From an uncultured Bacteroidota bacterium (lineage in GTDB: Bacteria; Bacteroidota; Ignavibacteria; UBA10030; UBA6906), in the NCBI GenBank assembly GCA_963700635.1, contig CAVOYH010000004.1, positions 1 through 64,000 of the forward strand: a stretch of 64,000 bases of DNA, given 5' to 3'. Made by a program: the position numbers and the translations under genes. Positions 1 through 9,463 of this stretch are shown piece by piece; the first letter of the stretch is position 1; each line of letters begins with the position of its first letter. The notes beneath the pieces are model-generated. The model had not been told where the DNA came from. It was given only the letters and a program-made list of their open reading frames with translations, and searched no databases.

Positions 1-588
1 TACCTCGGCCTGTACCAGCAGGTGTGGAGCCCCCGCTGGCTTTCCTGCGAACTTTTTGGCGGGCTGGGAGACCCAAGTACGAAATGGAGAGTGAGTGATT
101 CGCGTCAGGGGTACTTCGCCGTCACATACATGAGGTACTTTCACACAACCGGCAAACGGGAATACTTCGAGCGGGGAGTGGCCGCGCTCCGCGCCATGTT
201 CTCGTTGTTTGAATCTCCGGAGTCACCCAGAACCGCTGAAAATTATGCGCATGCATCCTACGACAAACTCGCCGGTGTGACCGGCCTACACTGGGGGACC
301 GGAAGCTCTGTCGTCTCGATCCACCTGATCGCCGCGTTGTATGGCGACGCATACGTGGATGCCACCGGAAACTGGGGTGCAGGGATTGATGGATGCCGGA
401 TTACACAGGTGCGGACAAAAGCTGATACCATCGATATATCGATCCATGACGTGGTCTCTTCTCCCCGCACCATCCGCCTGGTGTTCGGGAATGTCCGGTC
501 GGACACAATGGCCATCGTCGTCAACGGAACATCGTTGGGTCGGTTTAATGCCACCACGTTGCAGCGAGGTATTCATGTGGATCTGTAG
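1..588 (+). CDS. 5'-truncated hypothetical protein, probably (alpha/alpha)-toroid glycoside-hydrolase-like, C-terminal part
   Basis: Frame open from base 1 (YLGLYQQVWSP...SDSRQGYFA...EYFERGVAALRA...ENYAH...HWGTGS) to TAG 588; coupled to the next gene. Confidence 0.6.
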   Translation, partial: YLGLYQQVWSPRWLSCELFGGLGDPSTKWRVSDSRQGYFAVTYMRYFHTTGKREYFERGVAALRAMFSLFESPESPRTAENYAHASYDKLAGVTGLHWGTGSSVVSIHLIAALYGDAYVDATGNWGAGIDGCRITQVRTKADTIDISIHDVVSSPRTIRLVFGNVRSDTMAIVVNGTSLGRFNATTLQRGIHVDL

Positions 589-1580
589 AGTTATTGTGAT
601 TCTTGTTCTGGTGGGCACCGGGTACCGGGCTAGCCCATACCCAGGAGACACTGTACATGTCCGTGCTCAGTTCGCGACGCCATGCATGGGGGAAAAGCGA
701 CAACCCGAGAATCGGGCTGTTTGTCAGCACGGATGCCGGAAAAAGCTGGCAGCATGAAGGATGGAGGGAATATATCCGGATGTTCTATACCGAGGCCGGA
801 CCTGACGGGGTACTCTGGTCGGCCTGCGGAAACGGAGTGCTCCGATCGTCAGACCATGGAAAGACCTGGCGGGTCACGACAGGCTGGCAAGAGACTGAGG
901 TGCTAAAATTGAGCGTCGACGCTCAACATCCGGCCCGCGTTGCAGCGGCAACGGCGTACGGTCCGATCCTGACGACGGACGGGGGCAATCATTGGACGTT
1001 CCTGACGGCAGGCCTTGCCGGGAAGTACGCAAGTGATATTTGCATTGACCGCACGGACGGGACTCTTCTGGTCGCGACCGGCACGGGCGTGTTCCGGCGC
1101 GGCCTGAAAGACTCCCTCTGGGCCCCCACAACACTCCGGGGGAAGGATATCCGTGTTCTCGTCCAGCATCCGTCAAAGCCGTCCGTTTTTCTGGCCGGTA
1201 CCGAGGACGACGGTGTCTGGAAATCCAGCGATCGTGGCAGGACCTGGAATGCAACCAATGGCGGACTCGGTCACCTGACGGTGTACGCCATCGCGTTTGC
1301 TCCCGGCGATCATGGTGCGATCTATCTCGGCACTCACGGCGGCGGAGTTTACCGTTCCGGTGATGGCGGGAACAGCTGGCATCAGAAGAGTGCGGGGCTT
1401 TCTGTGCTTGATGTGCATTCGCTGGCGGTTTTGCCTTCAAGACCGACGACCGTTTTCGCCGGTACTCTGAATGGCGGTCTGTTTGAAAGCAGAGACGCCG
1501 GTGAACAATGGACATTCAACAGTCAGGAGGACGCGCAGGTGTGGGGGATGACGGTCCGGAAGGCCAATGAAGGACAGTAA
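575..1580 (+). CDS. Secreted BNR/Asp-box (VPS10/YCF48-like) beta-propeller protein; +1 frameshift near 622
   Basis: Repeated S-x-D-x-G-x-T/S-W boxes (STDAGKSW, SSDHGKTW, SSDRGRTW, SGDGGNSW). The signal peptide MWICRVIVILVLVGTG from ATG 575 is one base out of frame with ORF 603..1580. Confidence 0.8.
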
Positions 1581-2868
1581 AGAACGATGGGAGGCGGTAG
1601 ACCGGCTGATCCGGAGTTGGTGGGATGCCGACACGCGGTGTGCCAGGGAAGAAGAGATCTGTAATTCTGAACTGGGCGGCGCGTGGTTTCTGGATGAGGA
1701 ACACCGCGCACAGGAACAGACCGGTCGCGCAGCGGAAGCGCACACGCTGCTGTATCTTCCCTTTCCCTATATCTCGGCCGGGGGAAGTGAGTCTGCGTTT
1801 CCGGAAATGTACTGCTGGGACATTCACTTTATCAATCGTGCCTTACTTCTGCACGGAAGGCGGGACATCGTCCGGCATCATATCCTGAATCACCTTTTTA
1901 TGATAGAGCGGTACGGAATGGTGCTGAACGGAAACCGGACATACTACGTGACGCGATCACAGACTCCTCTCCTTGCCGACAGCGTGGTGGCGTTTGCCAG
2001 AACGGAGCCGGACCGGGAGCTTCTGATGCTGGCGTACCCGACTCTGAAGAAGGAGTATGAAGGTTACTGGACAGCCTCCCATCATCAAACCCCGACCGGT
2101 CTGGCAACACACCGGGACATGGGCGACAGCCGGTTACGTCCTGAACTCGCTGCGGAGGCGGAGTCTCTGGATTTTACGCCTATCTATGATGGCGACGTCC
2201 GCAACTGTGTTCCCCTGCAGCTTAATTGCGCTCTGGTCCGGTACGAGGAAAATCTCGCCTGGATCGCCTCTATGGTAGGATGTGACAAAGATGCGGACGG
2301 GTGGAGATCGAAGGCAGAACAAAGAAAATCACGAATCCGCGAGTATTGCTGGGATAGTGCAGCGGGTTTCTTCTTTGAGTACAATTACGCCCGCACCGTG
2401 CGGCTGCCCTATTGGTCCCTTGGCGCGTACTGGACACTGTGGGCGGGCGTCGCGAACGCGGAGGAGGCCCGGCGATTGGTACAGCATCTTGCCCGATTTA
2501 GCGGGTCGTACGGGTTGACGCAGACGGATGCCGCATATCCCAGCCCGCATCCTGAGTTCTCCTGGCTCCAGTGGGGATATCCCTGTGCATGGGCGCCGAG
2601 CCAGATGATCGTCGTAGAAGGACTTGACCGTTATGGGTACAGGTCCGAAGCAGAAGACGTTGCCCGGCGATATTTGCGTTGCCTTCTGGATGAATATGAC
2701 CGCACCGGCAAGTTCTGGGAGAAGTACAACGGTGTGGAGGGAACGGCAAATGTGCCGCGCGAGCGCACGCCCAGTGTGCCACTCCATGGCTGGACGACCG
2801 CTGCGGTGGCATGGCTTGGTCACCGCCTGTTTTGTGACGAGGTGTCGAGAACGGAGAGTAAGGAATGA
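1567..2868 (+). CDS. Trehalase-family glycoside hydrolase (GH37-like), cytoplasmic
   Basis: Motifs FPEMYCWD, NGNRTYYVTRSQTP, QWGYPCAWAPSQ, FWEKYN, HGWT; no signal peptide. Confidence 0.85.
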   Translation: MKDSKERWEAVDRLIRSWWDADTRCAREEEICNSELGGAWFLDEEHRAQEQTGRAAEAHTLLYLPFPYISAGGSESAFPEMYCWDIHFINRALLLHGRRDIVRHHILNHLFMIERYGMVLNGNRTYYVTRSQTPLLADSVVAFARTEPDRELLMLAYPTLKKEYEGYWTASHHQTPTGLATHRDMGDSRLRPELAAEAESLDFTPIYDGDVRNCVPLQLNCALVRYEENLAWIASMVGCDKDADGWRSKAEQRKSRIREYCWDSAAGFFFEYNYARTVRLPYWSLGAYWTLWAGVANAEEARRLVQHLARFSGSYGLTQTDAAYPSPHPEFSWLQWGYPCAWAPSQMIVVEGLDRYGYRSEAEDVARRYLRCLLDEYDRTGKFWEKYNGVEGTANVPRERTPSVPLHGWTTAAVAWLGHRLFCDEVSRTESKE

Positions 2869-4657
2869 GTATGAAACTGATCTGGCTGATGGGCGTTTTC
2901 TTCCTGATGACGGTTGCTCCCGCATGTGTTGCGCCAGAAAACGCAGGTTTTGAGACCCGCAGAACACGCCTCCTGGATGTCGCGGCAGCCGAGACGGAAT
3001 ACAATATGATGACCATTCTCGCAAAACTCCATACCGGCAGGGATCTCCCGCGTGCATACACGATGCTCGATTCCATGACGCACGACCGGGCCATGGGTGG
3101 AATGTTCTTTGCGTACAGTCTCATCGGCACCTATCTGCATACCCGTCACCTTCTGCCTGACTCACTTCACCGGAAGGTCCGCGACGCATACAGACTGCGG
3201 ACGATGTACAGGGGCGACACCGAGAATCACTGGGTCATGTACTACGCCGGGATCTACCTCGCTGCACAAACCTGGCCCCATGAATCCGGGGAACAGTGGT
3301 TTAACGGAAAGAGTTCAGACGAGAATTTTACCGAGGCCTCGGAGTGGCTCATCCACTGGATGAACATTACCACGACCATCGGGCAGGGTGAATTCGACTC
3401 GCCCACGTACATGACGGTGTTTCTTTGCCCGATGCTGGTGCTCCATCAGTTTGCCGCGGACACCGCCATGCGCACACGGGCTGGTATGATGATCGATCTG
3501 CTGCTCGCCGATTTTGCCGCCGAACACCTGGAAGGCAACTTTGGGGGCGGGCATAGCAGGGATTATCCGGATGATATCGTCAACCCGCTTGCCGCCCCGA
3601 GCACGATGTGGGCATGGTTATATTTTGGACAACCCGCGATGGAGCAATGGAATGAGGCGCGATACCGTCCGCGCCACAGGGGTTCGTGGGAAACGGTCTT
3701 CGCTGCGGCGAGCACCTACCGGCTTCCTGAAATCATCAGAACTATCGCGACGGACCGCACTCGTCCGTACATCCACCGCGAACAAAAACGGGTCCGCAAT
3801 ATTATTCGCTTTCAGGATACGACAAATCCACCTGTGTACAAGTACACGTATATGACATCCCGCTACGTCCTTGGCTCGTTGCAGGGCGGGATCCTTCAAC
3901 CGATCCAGCAGCACACGTGGGACGTTACCTGATGTTTCCCCCCGGCCCCATAACACCGTCTTCTCATTGCACCCTTTTGCGTCGGGTCGCGAGCTGGCAA
4001 TGTTCTTTCCGGAAGAACAGAAATTTCTGGCCGGAGAAGTGGATCGTTATCATCTTGTCTACACGAACCCCGGAAAATGGAATTCCAGCTCCCCGTACGA
4101 GACGACCTTCCAGCACAAGAATGCGCTGATCGTGTTGTATGATATTGCCCGGGGTGAGCGACAACCGCACGCCGATGGATTCTTTCCTAAAACTCTTGAT
4201 GAACGAATCGTGGACACGTCCGGATGGATTTTTGCCCGCAATGAAAAGGTGTACCTCGGAGTGTATCCCCTCAGCGCCTCCTCCTGGACGGAGGAAGACC
4301 TGTGCTGGAGATGGCGAAGTACTTCGCTGCAAACGGGCTGGGTGGTAGAAGTCTCCTCGGGAAGAGGAATCCGGTTCGTTCAAGGGGTTTCAGCAGGACC
4401 TCAGCAGCCGTGTACCGGACACGACCGCTTTCGGCCGGACGGGATTCGTGCGGTTTAAGACGGCAGCAGGGGACACCATGACATTTGACTTCCAGGGTCA
4501 ACGCAGACTGAACAACCAGGCGGTCTCGTTTACGGACTATCCTCTCTTTGATGGACCGTGGATGCATGCAAAGGTGGGCGAAGGACGCATCCGGATTACG
4601 GATGGCAAACGCGAACGAATCCTGGATTTTCGCAACGGCTCTGTGGAGGATCGCTGA
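2865..4657 (+). CDS. Secreted uncharacterised toroid-like protein, paralog of 6699..8519; split by two +1 frameshifts (~3931, ~4360)
   Basis: ORFs 2865..3932, 3871..4458 and 4448..4657 align in series with the intact paralog (YRGDTENHW, GQGEFDSP-Y, GSLQGG-LQPIQQHTW, MFFPEE, DGFFP, VEVSSEEESGSF vs IEVRSEKEIGSF, RILDFR); N-terminal signal peptide. Confidence 0.8.
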
Positions 4658-5662
4658 GTGGTGTATCGCAGCGTGCTGATTCCCGTGACGTTTTTCCTTG
4701 CGGTGATGTCAATGAATGCGGGGGAGAACCCTGCACACACTCCGTCACGACTCCATGCGGCGGTCTGTATCGTGCGCGGAAGCGTCTCCGGTTCGAATAT
4801 CGGATCCTACGGGCCGTTTGTGAGGGAAACGGATTCTTCCTGGCGGCGCCTATCATTATCGAATGTTATCAATTTCGGATTCGGGTCGTATACTCAAACG
4901 GAACCCAATCTGCTTTATCTTGCCGGTGGGAACGGCGTGCACCGGTCAACGGATGACGGAAAGACCTGGCGCATACTTACCGGTTGGGAGACGATGGAGA
5001 TTCTCACGGTTCTTCCCCATCCGGTCGACGCCTCACTGGTGTACGCCTCCACTCCATGGGGCGTTTACCGCACCACTGATTCAGGCCGGACCTGGGCATC
5101 ATGCATGACCGGGTTCAACCGTTGGTACGTCTTCCATATGGCGTTCGATGTACGCTCTGCTGATGTTCTGTATGCGACCGGCGAAGATGATCTGTATACA
5201 ACGACGACCCGCGGCGACCTGTGGCGACCCATGGGCGTGGGAAAGGGCGCGGTGCTGGCTTTTCTGCAACATCCTCAAAAGCCAGATCTGTTTGTGGTGG
5301 GATGTGAAGACGCCGGGATCCAACGGAGCACAGACGGGGGCATCAGCTGGAATCCGGCCCGGTGCCCGTCATCCGGTCCGGTATACACATTTGCTGCCTC
5401 CTCCGACGGCACGACACTGTATGCCGCGGGATGGGAGACGGGAATCTGGACCAGCGTCGACCATGGAGGGACATGGGAAGTACTCTGGGCAGCGGAGAAC
5501 ATTCAGACCTTTTTTTCTTTGCTTGTGGACCCGGTTGATCAGCACCATCTCTACGCCGGGACTGACATTCATGGAGTCTACGAATCCGTTGACGGAGGAC
5601 GACAGTGGAAGCAGGCAGGACTTAACGGGGGAAAAATCAAACATCTATTCTTTTATCCATGA
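4658..5662 (+). CDS. Secreted BNR/Asp-box beta-propeller protein
   Basis: Signal peptide; STDDGKTW, TTDSGRTW, STDGGISW, SVDHGGTW, SVDGGRQW repeats. Confidence 0.85.
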   Translation: MVYRSVLIPVTFFLAVMSMNAGENPAHTPSRLHAAVCIVRGSVSGSNIGSYGPFVRETDSSWRRLSLSNVINFGFGSYTQTEPNLLYLAGGNGVHRSTDDGKTWRILTGWETMEILTVLPHPVDASLVYASTPWGVYRTTDSGRTWASCMTGFNRWYVFHMAFDVRSADVLYATGEDDLYTTTTRGDLWRPMGVGKGAVLAFLQHPQKPDLFVVGCEDAGIQRSTDGGISWNPARCPSSGPVYTFAASSDGTTLYAAGWETGIWTSVDHGGTWEVLWAAENIQTFFSLLVDPVDQHHLYAGTDIHGVYESVDGGRQWKQAGLNGGKIKHLFFYP

Positions 5663-5674
5663 CGAGAATCGCTT

Positions 5675-6685
5675 ATGCAATGTAGACGGCAGTTCTTCAT
5701 CTGGCTTCATTTCTTGATGGTCGTGTGGATTCCGGCGGGAGTTGTCGCGCAGGAGTCCACCGTCTATTGTTCCGTGGTCGCCACAAAACTTTTTGTCGTG
5801 GGTGCGGCGAACCCCAGAACCGGCCTTCATTTCCAGCATCCCTCGGCGGACACCGTGTGGCAGCATACCGGCCCCAACAACATCCGGGCTTTCGGTCTCG
5901 CCATCCAACCCGGGTCGGATCAACGGGTGTTGTATATTGCTTCCGGGAACGGCCTTCACAAATCCACCGATGCCGGCTTGACCTGGAAAATCACCACCGG
6001 GTGGAACATTACAGAAGTTCTTGGGGTCAGCCCTGATCCCCTAAACCCCGACCGGGTGTATATCGCCACCCCGTACGGCGTATTCAGGACTACTGACGGG
6101 TGCCGGAGCTGGACGGAGTGTAATCGTGGACTGGGTTCGACATTTGTTTCCCAGGTGCTTGCCAGTCCGTTCGCAGACCGGACCGTCTATTGTGTCACTG
6201 AAGACGGCGCCTATGTGAGCAGGGATGGGGCTGAGACCTGGGAGCGGATGGGCCTCTCGGTCGGGAATGTGCGTACCATTGCACAACACCCACGCGATCC
6301 CAGAATCCTTGCTGTGGGAACCGAAAACCACGGAATATACATGTCAACGAACGGAGGGCGCTGGTGGACACGGCGAGAAGCCGGTGTGGATCACCTCACA
6401 TTTTATGCGGTTGCGTTTGATCCGAATGCGCCGGACACGATGTACGCGGGGGGATATGTGACGGGCATCTATAAGTCAACCGACGCCGGTCAGACCTGGA
6501 AACGCGCCAACACCGGGCTGAACGTTCTGACGTTCCATACTATCGCCGTGGACCCGCGGCAGAGTCAACGTGTGTACGCAGGTGCATACTGGGGCGGTGT
6601 GTACCGTTCGGAGAACGGGGGCGGTACATGGACGCCGCTGGGCCCCCCCGATTCCCAGGTGTGGACCATTTCCATTCAACCGTAA
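5675..6685 (+). CDS. Secreted BNR/Asp-box beta-propeller protein
   Basis: Signal peptide ending VVA-QES; STDAGLTW, SRDGAETW, STDAGQTW, SENGGGTW repeats. Confidence 0.85.
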   Translation: MQCRRQFFIWLHFLMVVWIPAGVVAQESTVYCSVVATKLFVVGAANPRTGLHFQHPSADTVWQHTGPNNIRAFGLAIQPGSDQRVLYIASGNGLHKSTDAGLTWKITTGWNITEVLGVSPDPLNPDRVYIATPYGVFRTTDGCRSWTECNRGLGSTFVSQVLASPFADRTVYCVTEDGAYVSRDGAETWERMGLSVGNVRTIAQHPRDPRILAVGTENHGIYMSTNGGRWWTRREAGVDHLTFYAVAFDPNAPDTMYAGGYVTGIYKSTDAGQTWKRANTGLNVLTFHTIAVDPRQSQRVYAGAYWGGVYRSENGGGTWTPLGPPDSQVWTISIQP

Positions 6686-6698
6686 AAAGAAAGTAGCC

Positions 6699-8519
6699 AT
6701 GATTGTACGATCGCTGATAGTGTCTCTCTTCCTCTTCGGAGGGCTTGCAACAATGTCTGCCCAGTCGCGCGACATGTACCTGAAAGGATATGCCGAACGC
6801 GCGAGCCACATCCGCAGTGTGTATGATACCTCCATGGCGGCATCGTACTACACGATAGCCGCCCGGTATGCATCGAACACCGGCATTTCCATAGCCGACA
6901 GTCTCTTCCAGGTCGTCCTGCGCGAGCCGCGGGGGGATATGTTCTGGATGTTTCCCGTGATGGGCGCCTATCTGCACGGCAAGGACAAGATGTCTTCTGC
7001 CACGCGCGCCGTTGTGCGTAATGCGTGGAAGACCTATGCGCCGTATCGGGGTGATACTGAAAACCACTGGGCGATGTATTACGCAACACTCTACCTTGCC
7101 GCGGAGCAATGGCCCGATCTCCCGGGGTCGGAATGGTACAACGGAAAGAGCTCCCGGGAGAATCTTGAAGAGTCACGTGACTATCTTATTCACTGGATAC
7201 GGATCACCACCACCATCGGGCAGGGTGAGTTTGACTCGCCGGACTATTTCCCCGAGTATGCGATTTCCATGTGTTTGCTGGCAGATTTTGCGCAGGACCC
7301 CGTCATGAAAAAACGGGGGCACATGATGATGGATTATCTCCTTGCCGATTTTGGCGTGGAGCACCTTGCGGGACAGTACCTCGGAGGATTCAGCCGCATC
7401 TATCAGCCGGCGGTGTTCACACCGCTTCTCTCCGGAGCTTCGGCCTTTGCCTATCTGTATTTTGGCACGGGTGAACCCACACATTCAGGATGGGTCCTTC
7501 TTCCTGCGCTGGCTGCGTATCGTGTTCCGGAGATCATCGAGAAGATTGCAACGGATCGTTCGGCTCCGTACCTGCACAAAGAACGCAAACGGGTGCGCAA
7601 CGTGATCCGGTTCGGGACGGAGAAAAATCCGCCGGTGTACAAACAAACGTATGTGACGTCTGACTACGGGATCGGGTCACTGCAGGGGGGGCTCCTCCAG
7701 CCGATTCAGCAACACACCTGGTCCGTACGGTACACCTATGGCCGTCCGCACACAACAATCTTCGGCCTGCACCCCTATTGGTCAAGCTACGAATTGGGGA
7801 TGTTCTTCCCCGAAGAACTCAAACCGCTTATTGCCGACGTTGTGGCGTCAAAAGGAACCTATAATAATCCCGATAAATGGACCGGTGGTTCGCCTTACGA
7901 ACGCACATATCAGAACCGTAATACACTTCTGGTGTTGTACGATATCGAACCCGGGACGATGACGGAGCACATCGACGGATTCTTCCCCGGGAACCTTGAA
8001 CAACGTCTCGTCGATCCGTCAGGATGGATTTTCTGCAAGGCGGGGGCGACGTATGTCGGGTGGTACCCGCTTCAAGAGGGCGAATGGTCTGCGGAAAATG
8101 ACCCCCCGGGTCAGCAGAAAAACGTCATCGGCAGGCCCGAGACTCTCGCAAAAAAACAGGGGGCCAGGAACTGGCGCTTTCGCAGCCACAAGCTCCAGAA
8201 TGGCTATGTGATTGAAGTCCGTTCGGAGAAGGAGATCGGGTCCTTCGATAAATTTGTGGGTTTGCTGCGTTCCCGCCGGCCCAAAGCCACACTTACGCCC
8301 GGGAAGGTCTCTGTTGAGTACACATCCCTGAACAACGACCGGATGGTTTTTTCATATCCCGAAGGACGTACGCTGAATGGCAAACCTGTAGACCTGAAGG
8401 CCACGAAACTGTTCGAGGGTCCATATCTGAATGCCGATGTGGGAAGTGAACGCCTTACGATAACGTACAAAGGTGCAAAACGGATACTTGATTTCCGCAC
8501 TGTGACGATTCAGGAGTAA
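6699..8519 (+). CDS. Secreted uncharacterised protein (helical N-domain plus beta-rich C-domain; lyase/hydrolase-like architecture inferred)
   Basis: ATG 6699 gives signal peptide MIVRSLIVSLFLFGGLATMSA-Q; intact paralog of 2865..4657. Confidence 0.8.
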   Translation: MIVRSLIVSLFLFGGLATMSAQSRDMYLKGYAERASHIRSVYDTSMAASYYTIAARYASNTGISIADSLFQVVLREPRGDMFWMFPVMGAYLHGKDKMSSATRAVVRNAWKTYAPYRGDTENHWAMYYATLYLAAEQWPDLPGSEWYNGKSSRENLEESRDYLIHWIRITTTIGQGEFDSPDYFPEYAISMCLLADFAQDPVMKKRGHMMMDYLLADFGVEHLAGQYLGGFSRIYQPAVFTPLLSGASAFAYLYFGTGEPTHSGWVLLPALAAYRVPEIIEKIATDRSAPYLHKERKRVRNVIRFGTEKNPPVYKQTYVTSDYGIGSLQGGLLQPIQQHTWSVRYTYGRPHTTIFGLHPYWSSYELGMFFPEELKPLIADVVASKGTYNNPDKWTGGSPYERTYQNRNTLLVLYDIEPGTMTEHIDGFFPGNLEQRLVDPSGWIFCKAGATYVGWYPLQEGEWSAENDPPGQQKNVIGRPETLAKKQGARNWRFRSHKLQNGYVIEVRSEKEIGSFDKFVGLLRSRRPKATLTPGKVSVEYTSLNNDRMVFSYPEGRTLNGKPVDLKATKLFEGPYLNADVGSERLTITYKGAKRILDFRTVTIQE

Positions 8520-8521
8520 GT

Positions 8522-9463
8522 ATGGTACCTCAGGCGACCTTTGATGTTGTGGTGGCCGGTCTGGCGCTGGTGGATGTCATCGGGCGTCCGATGGATCTCC
8601 GGCGGCCGCCCCCGCGCGGCGGGTTGCAGCTTCTGGAGTCCGTCACACTCACCACCGGCGGCAATGTGTCGAACTGCGGTATTGATCTCTCGAAGCTGGG
8701 CTTTCGCGTTGCCGGGATCAGCCGTGTCGGCGAGGATCCACTCGGAAGCTTTGTCCGGCGTCATCTCACGGACCATCGTGTTGACACGTCGGGGCTCATG
8801 ATCGATCACCGGGAACAGACATCAGCCACATTTGTAGCGGTCGAAAAGAGCGGTGAACGGACATTCTTCCACACCCGGGGGTGTTTGAAAAACTTCCGGG
8901 TGGATGATATTCTTGCGCAGCTCCCGCTGATCAGGAAGAGCAGGATCTTTGTGCTCGGATATCTGGGGTTGTTGCCGGAATGTGAGCCTCATCTCCCCAG
9001 GCTGTTTCGGAAATTGAAGAATGAGACGGGAATCTCGATTCTGCTTGACACCGGAGGGAACCCGGGGCGGAACCCCCGGCTGCTGGAGCAGATTCTGCCG
9101 TACGTTGACTATTTTATTCCGAGCAAGGAAGAAGCGGCTGCCTTGACGGGGAAGAAAACACCTGAAGCCATGGTAGAGACCTTCCGCCGGTGGGGTGCGC
9201 CGGGTGTTGCAGGTATCAAACTCGGGGCCGAAGGATGTTACATTACCGGTGGACGGGTCTCGGCGTACGTCCTGCCCGTCCGGGTCAGACGTGTCGTCGA
9301 TGCCACAGGCGCAGGCGATGCCTTCGTGGCGGGCTTTCTTGCCGCCACGCTCCGGGGATTGCCGCCGGTGGATGCCGCCCGAAAAGCGAATGCCATTGCT
9401 GCCAGTTGCGTGACAGCAGTTGGAGCCTCTACAGCCATTAAACCATTTGATGCATACCGATGA
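8522..9463 (+). CDS. PfkB-family carbohydrate kinase
   Basis: GGNVSNCGIDLSKLG, VGEDPLG, KLGAEG and C-terminal signature VDATGAGDAFVAG. Confidence 0.92.
   Translation: MVPQATFDVVVAGLALVDVIGRPMDLRRPPPRGGLQLLESVTLTTGGNVSNCGIDLSKLGFRVAGISRVGEDPLGSFVRRHLTDHRVDTSGLMIDHREQTSATFVAVEKSGERTFFHTRGCLKNFRVDDILAQLPLIRKSRIFVLGYLGLLPECEPHLPRLFRKLKNETGISILLDTGGNPGRNPRLLEQILPYVDYFIPSKEEAAALTGKKTPEAMVETFRRWGAPGVAGIKLGAEGCYITGGRVSAYVLPVRVRRVVDATGAGDAFVAGFLAATLRGLPPVDAARKANAIAASCVTAVGASTAIKPFDAYR

Noticed and set aside
55-110. Possible compensating indels in the first ORF (GGLGDPSTKWRVSD looks locally scrambled)
   Set aside because: The frame stays open and I cannot verify it without homolog alignment.
3930-3932. 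In-frame TGA in the orphan gene as selenocysteine or readthrough
   Set aside because: The same frame stops again within a few codons, and similarity to the paralog continues in the +1 frame, so it is a frameshift.
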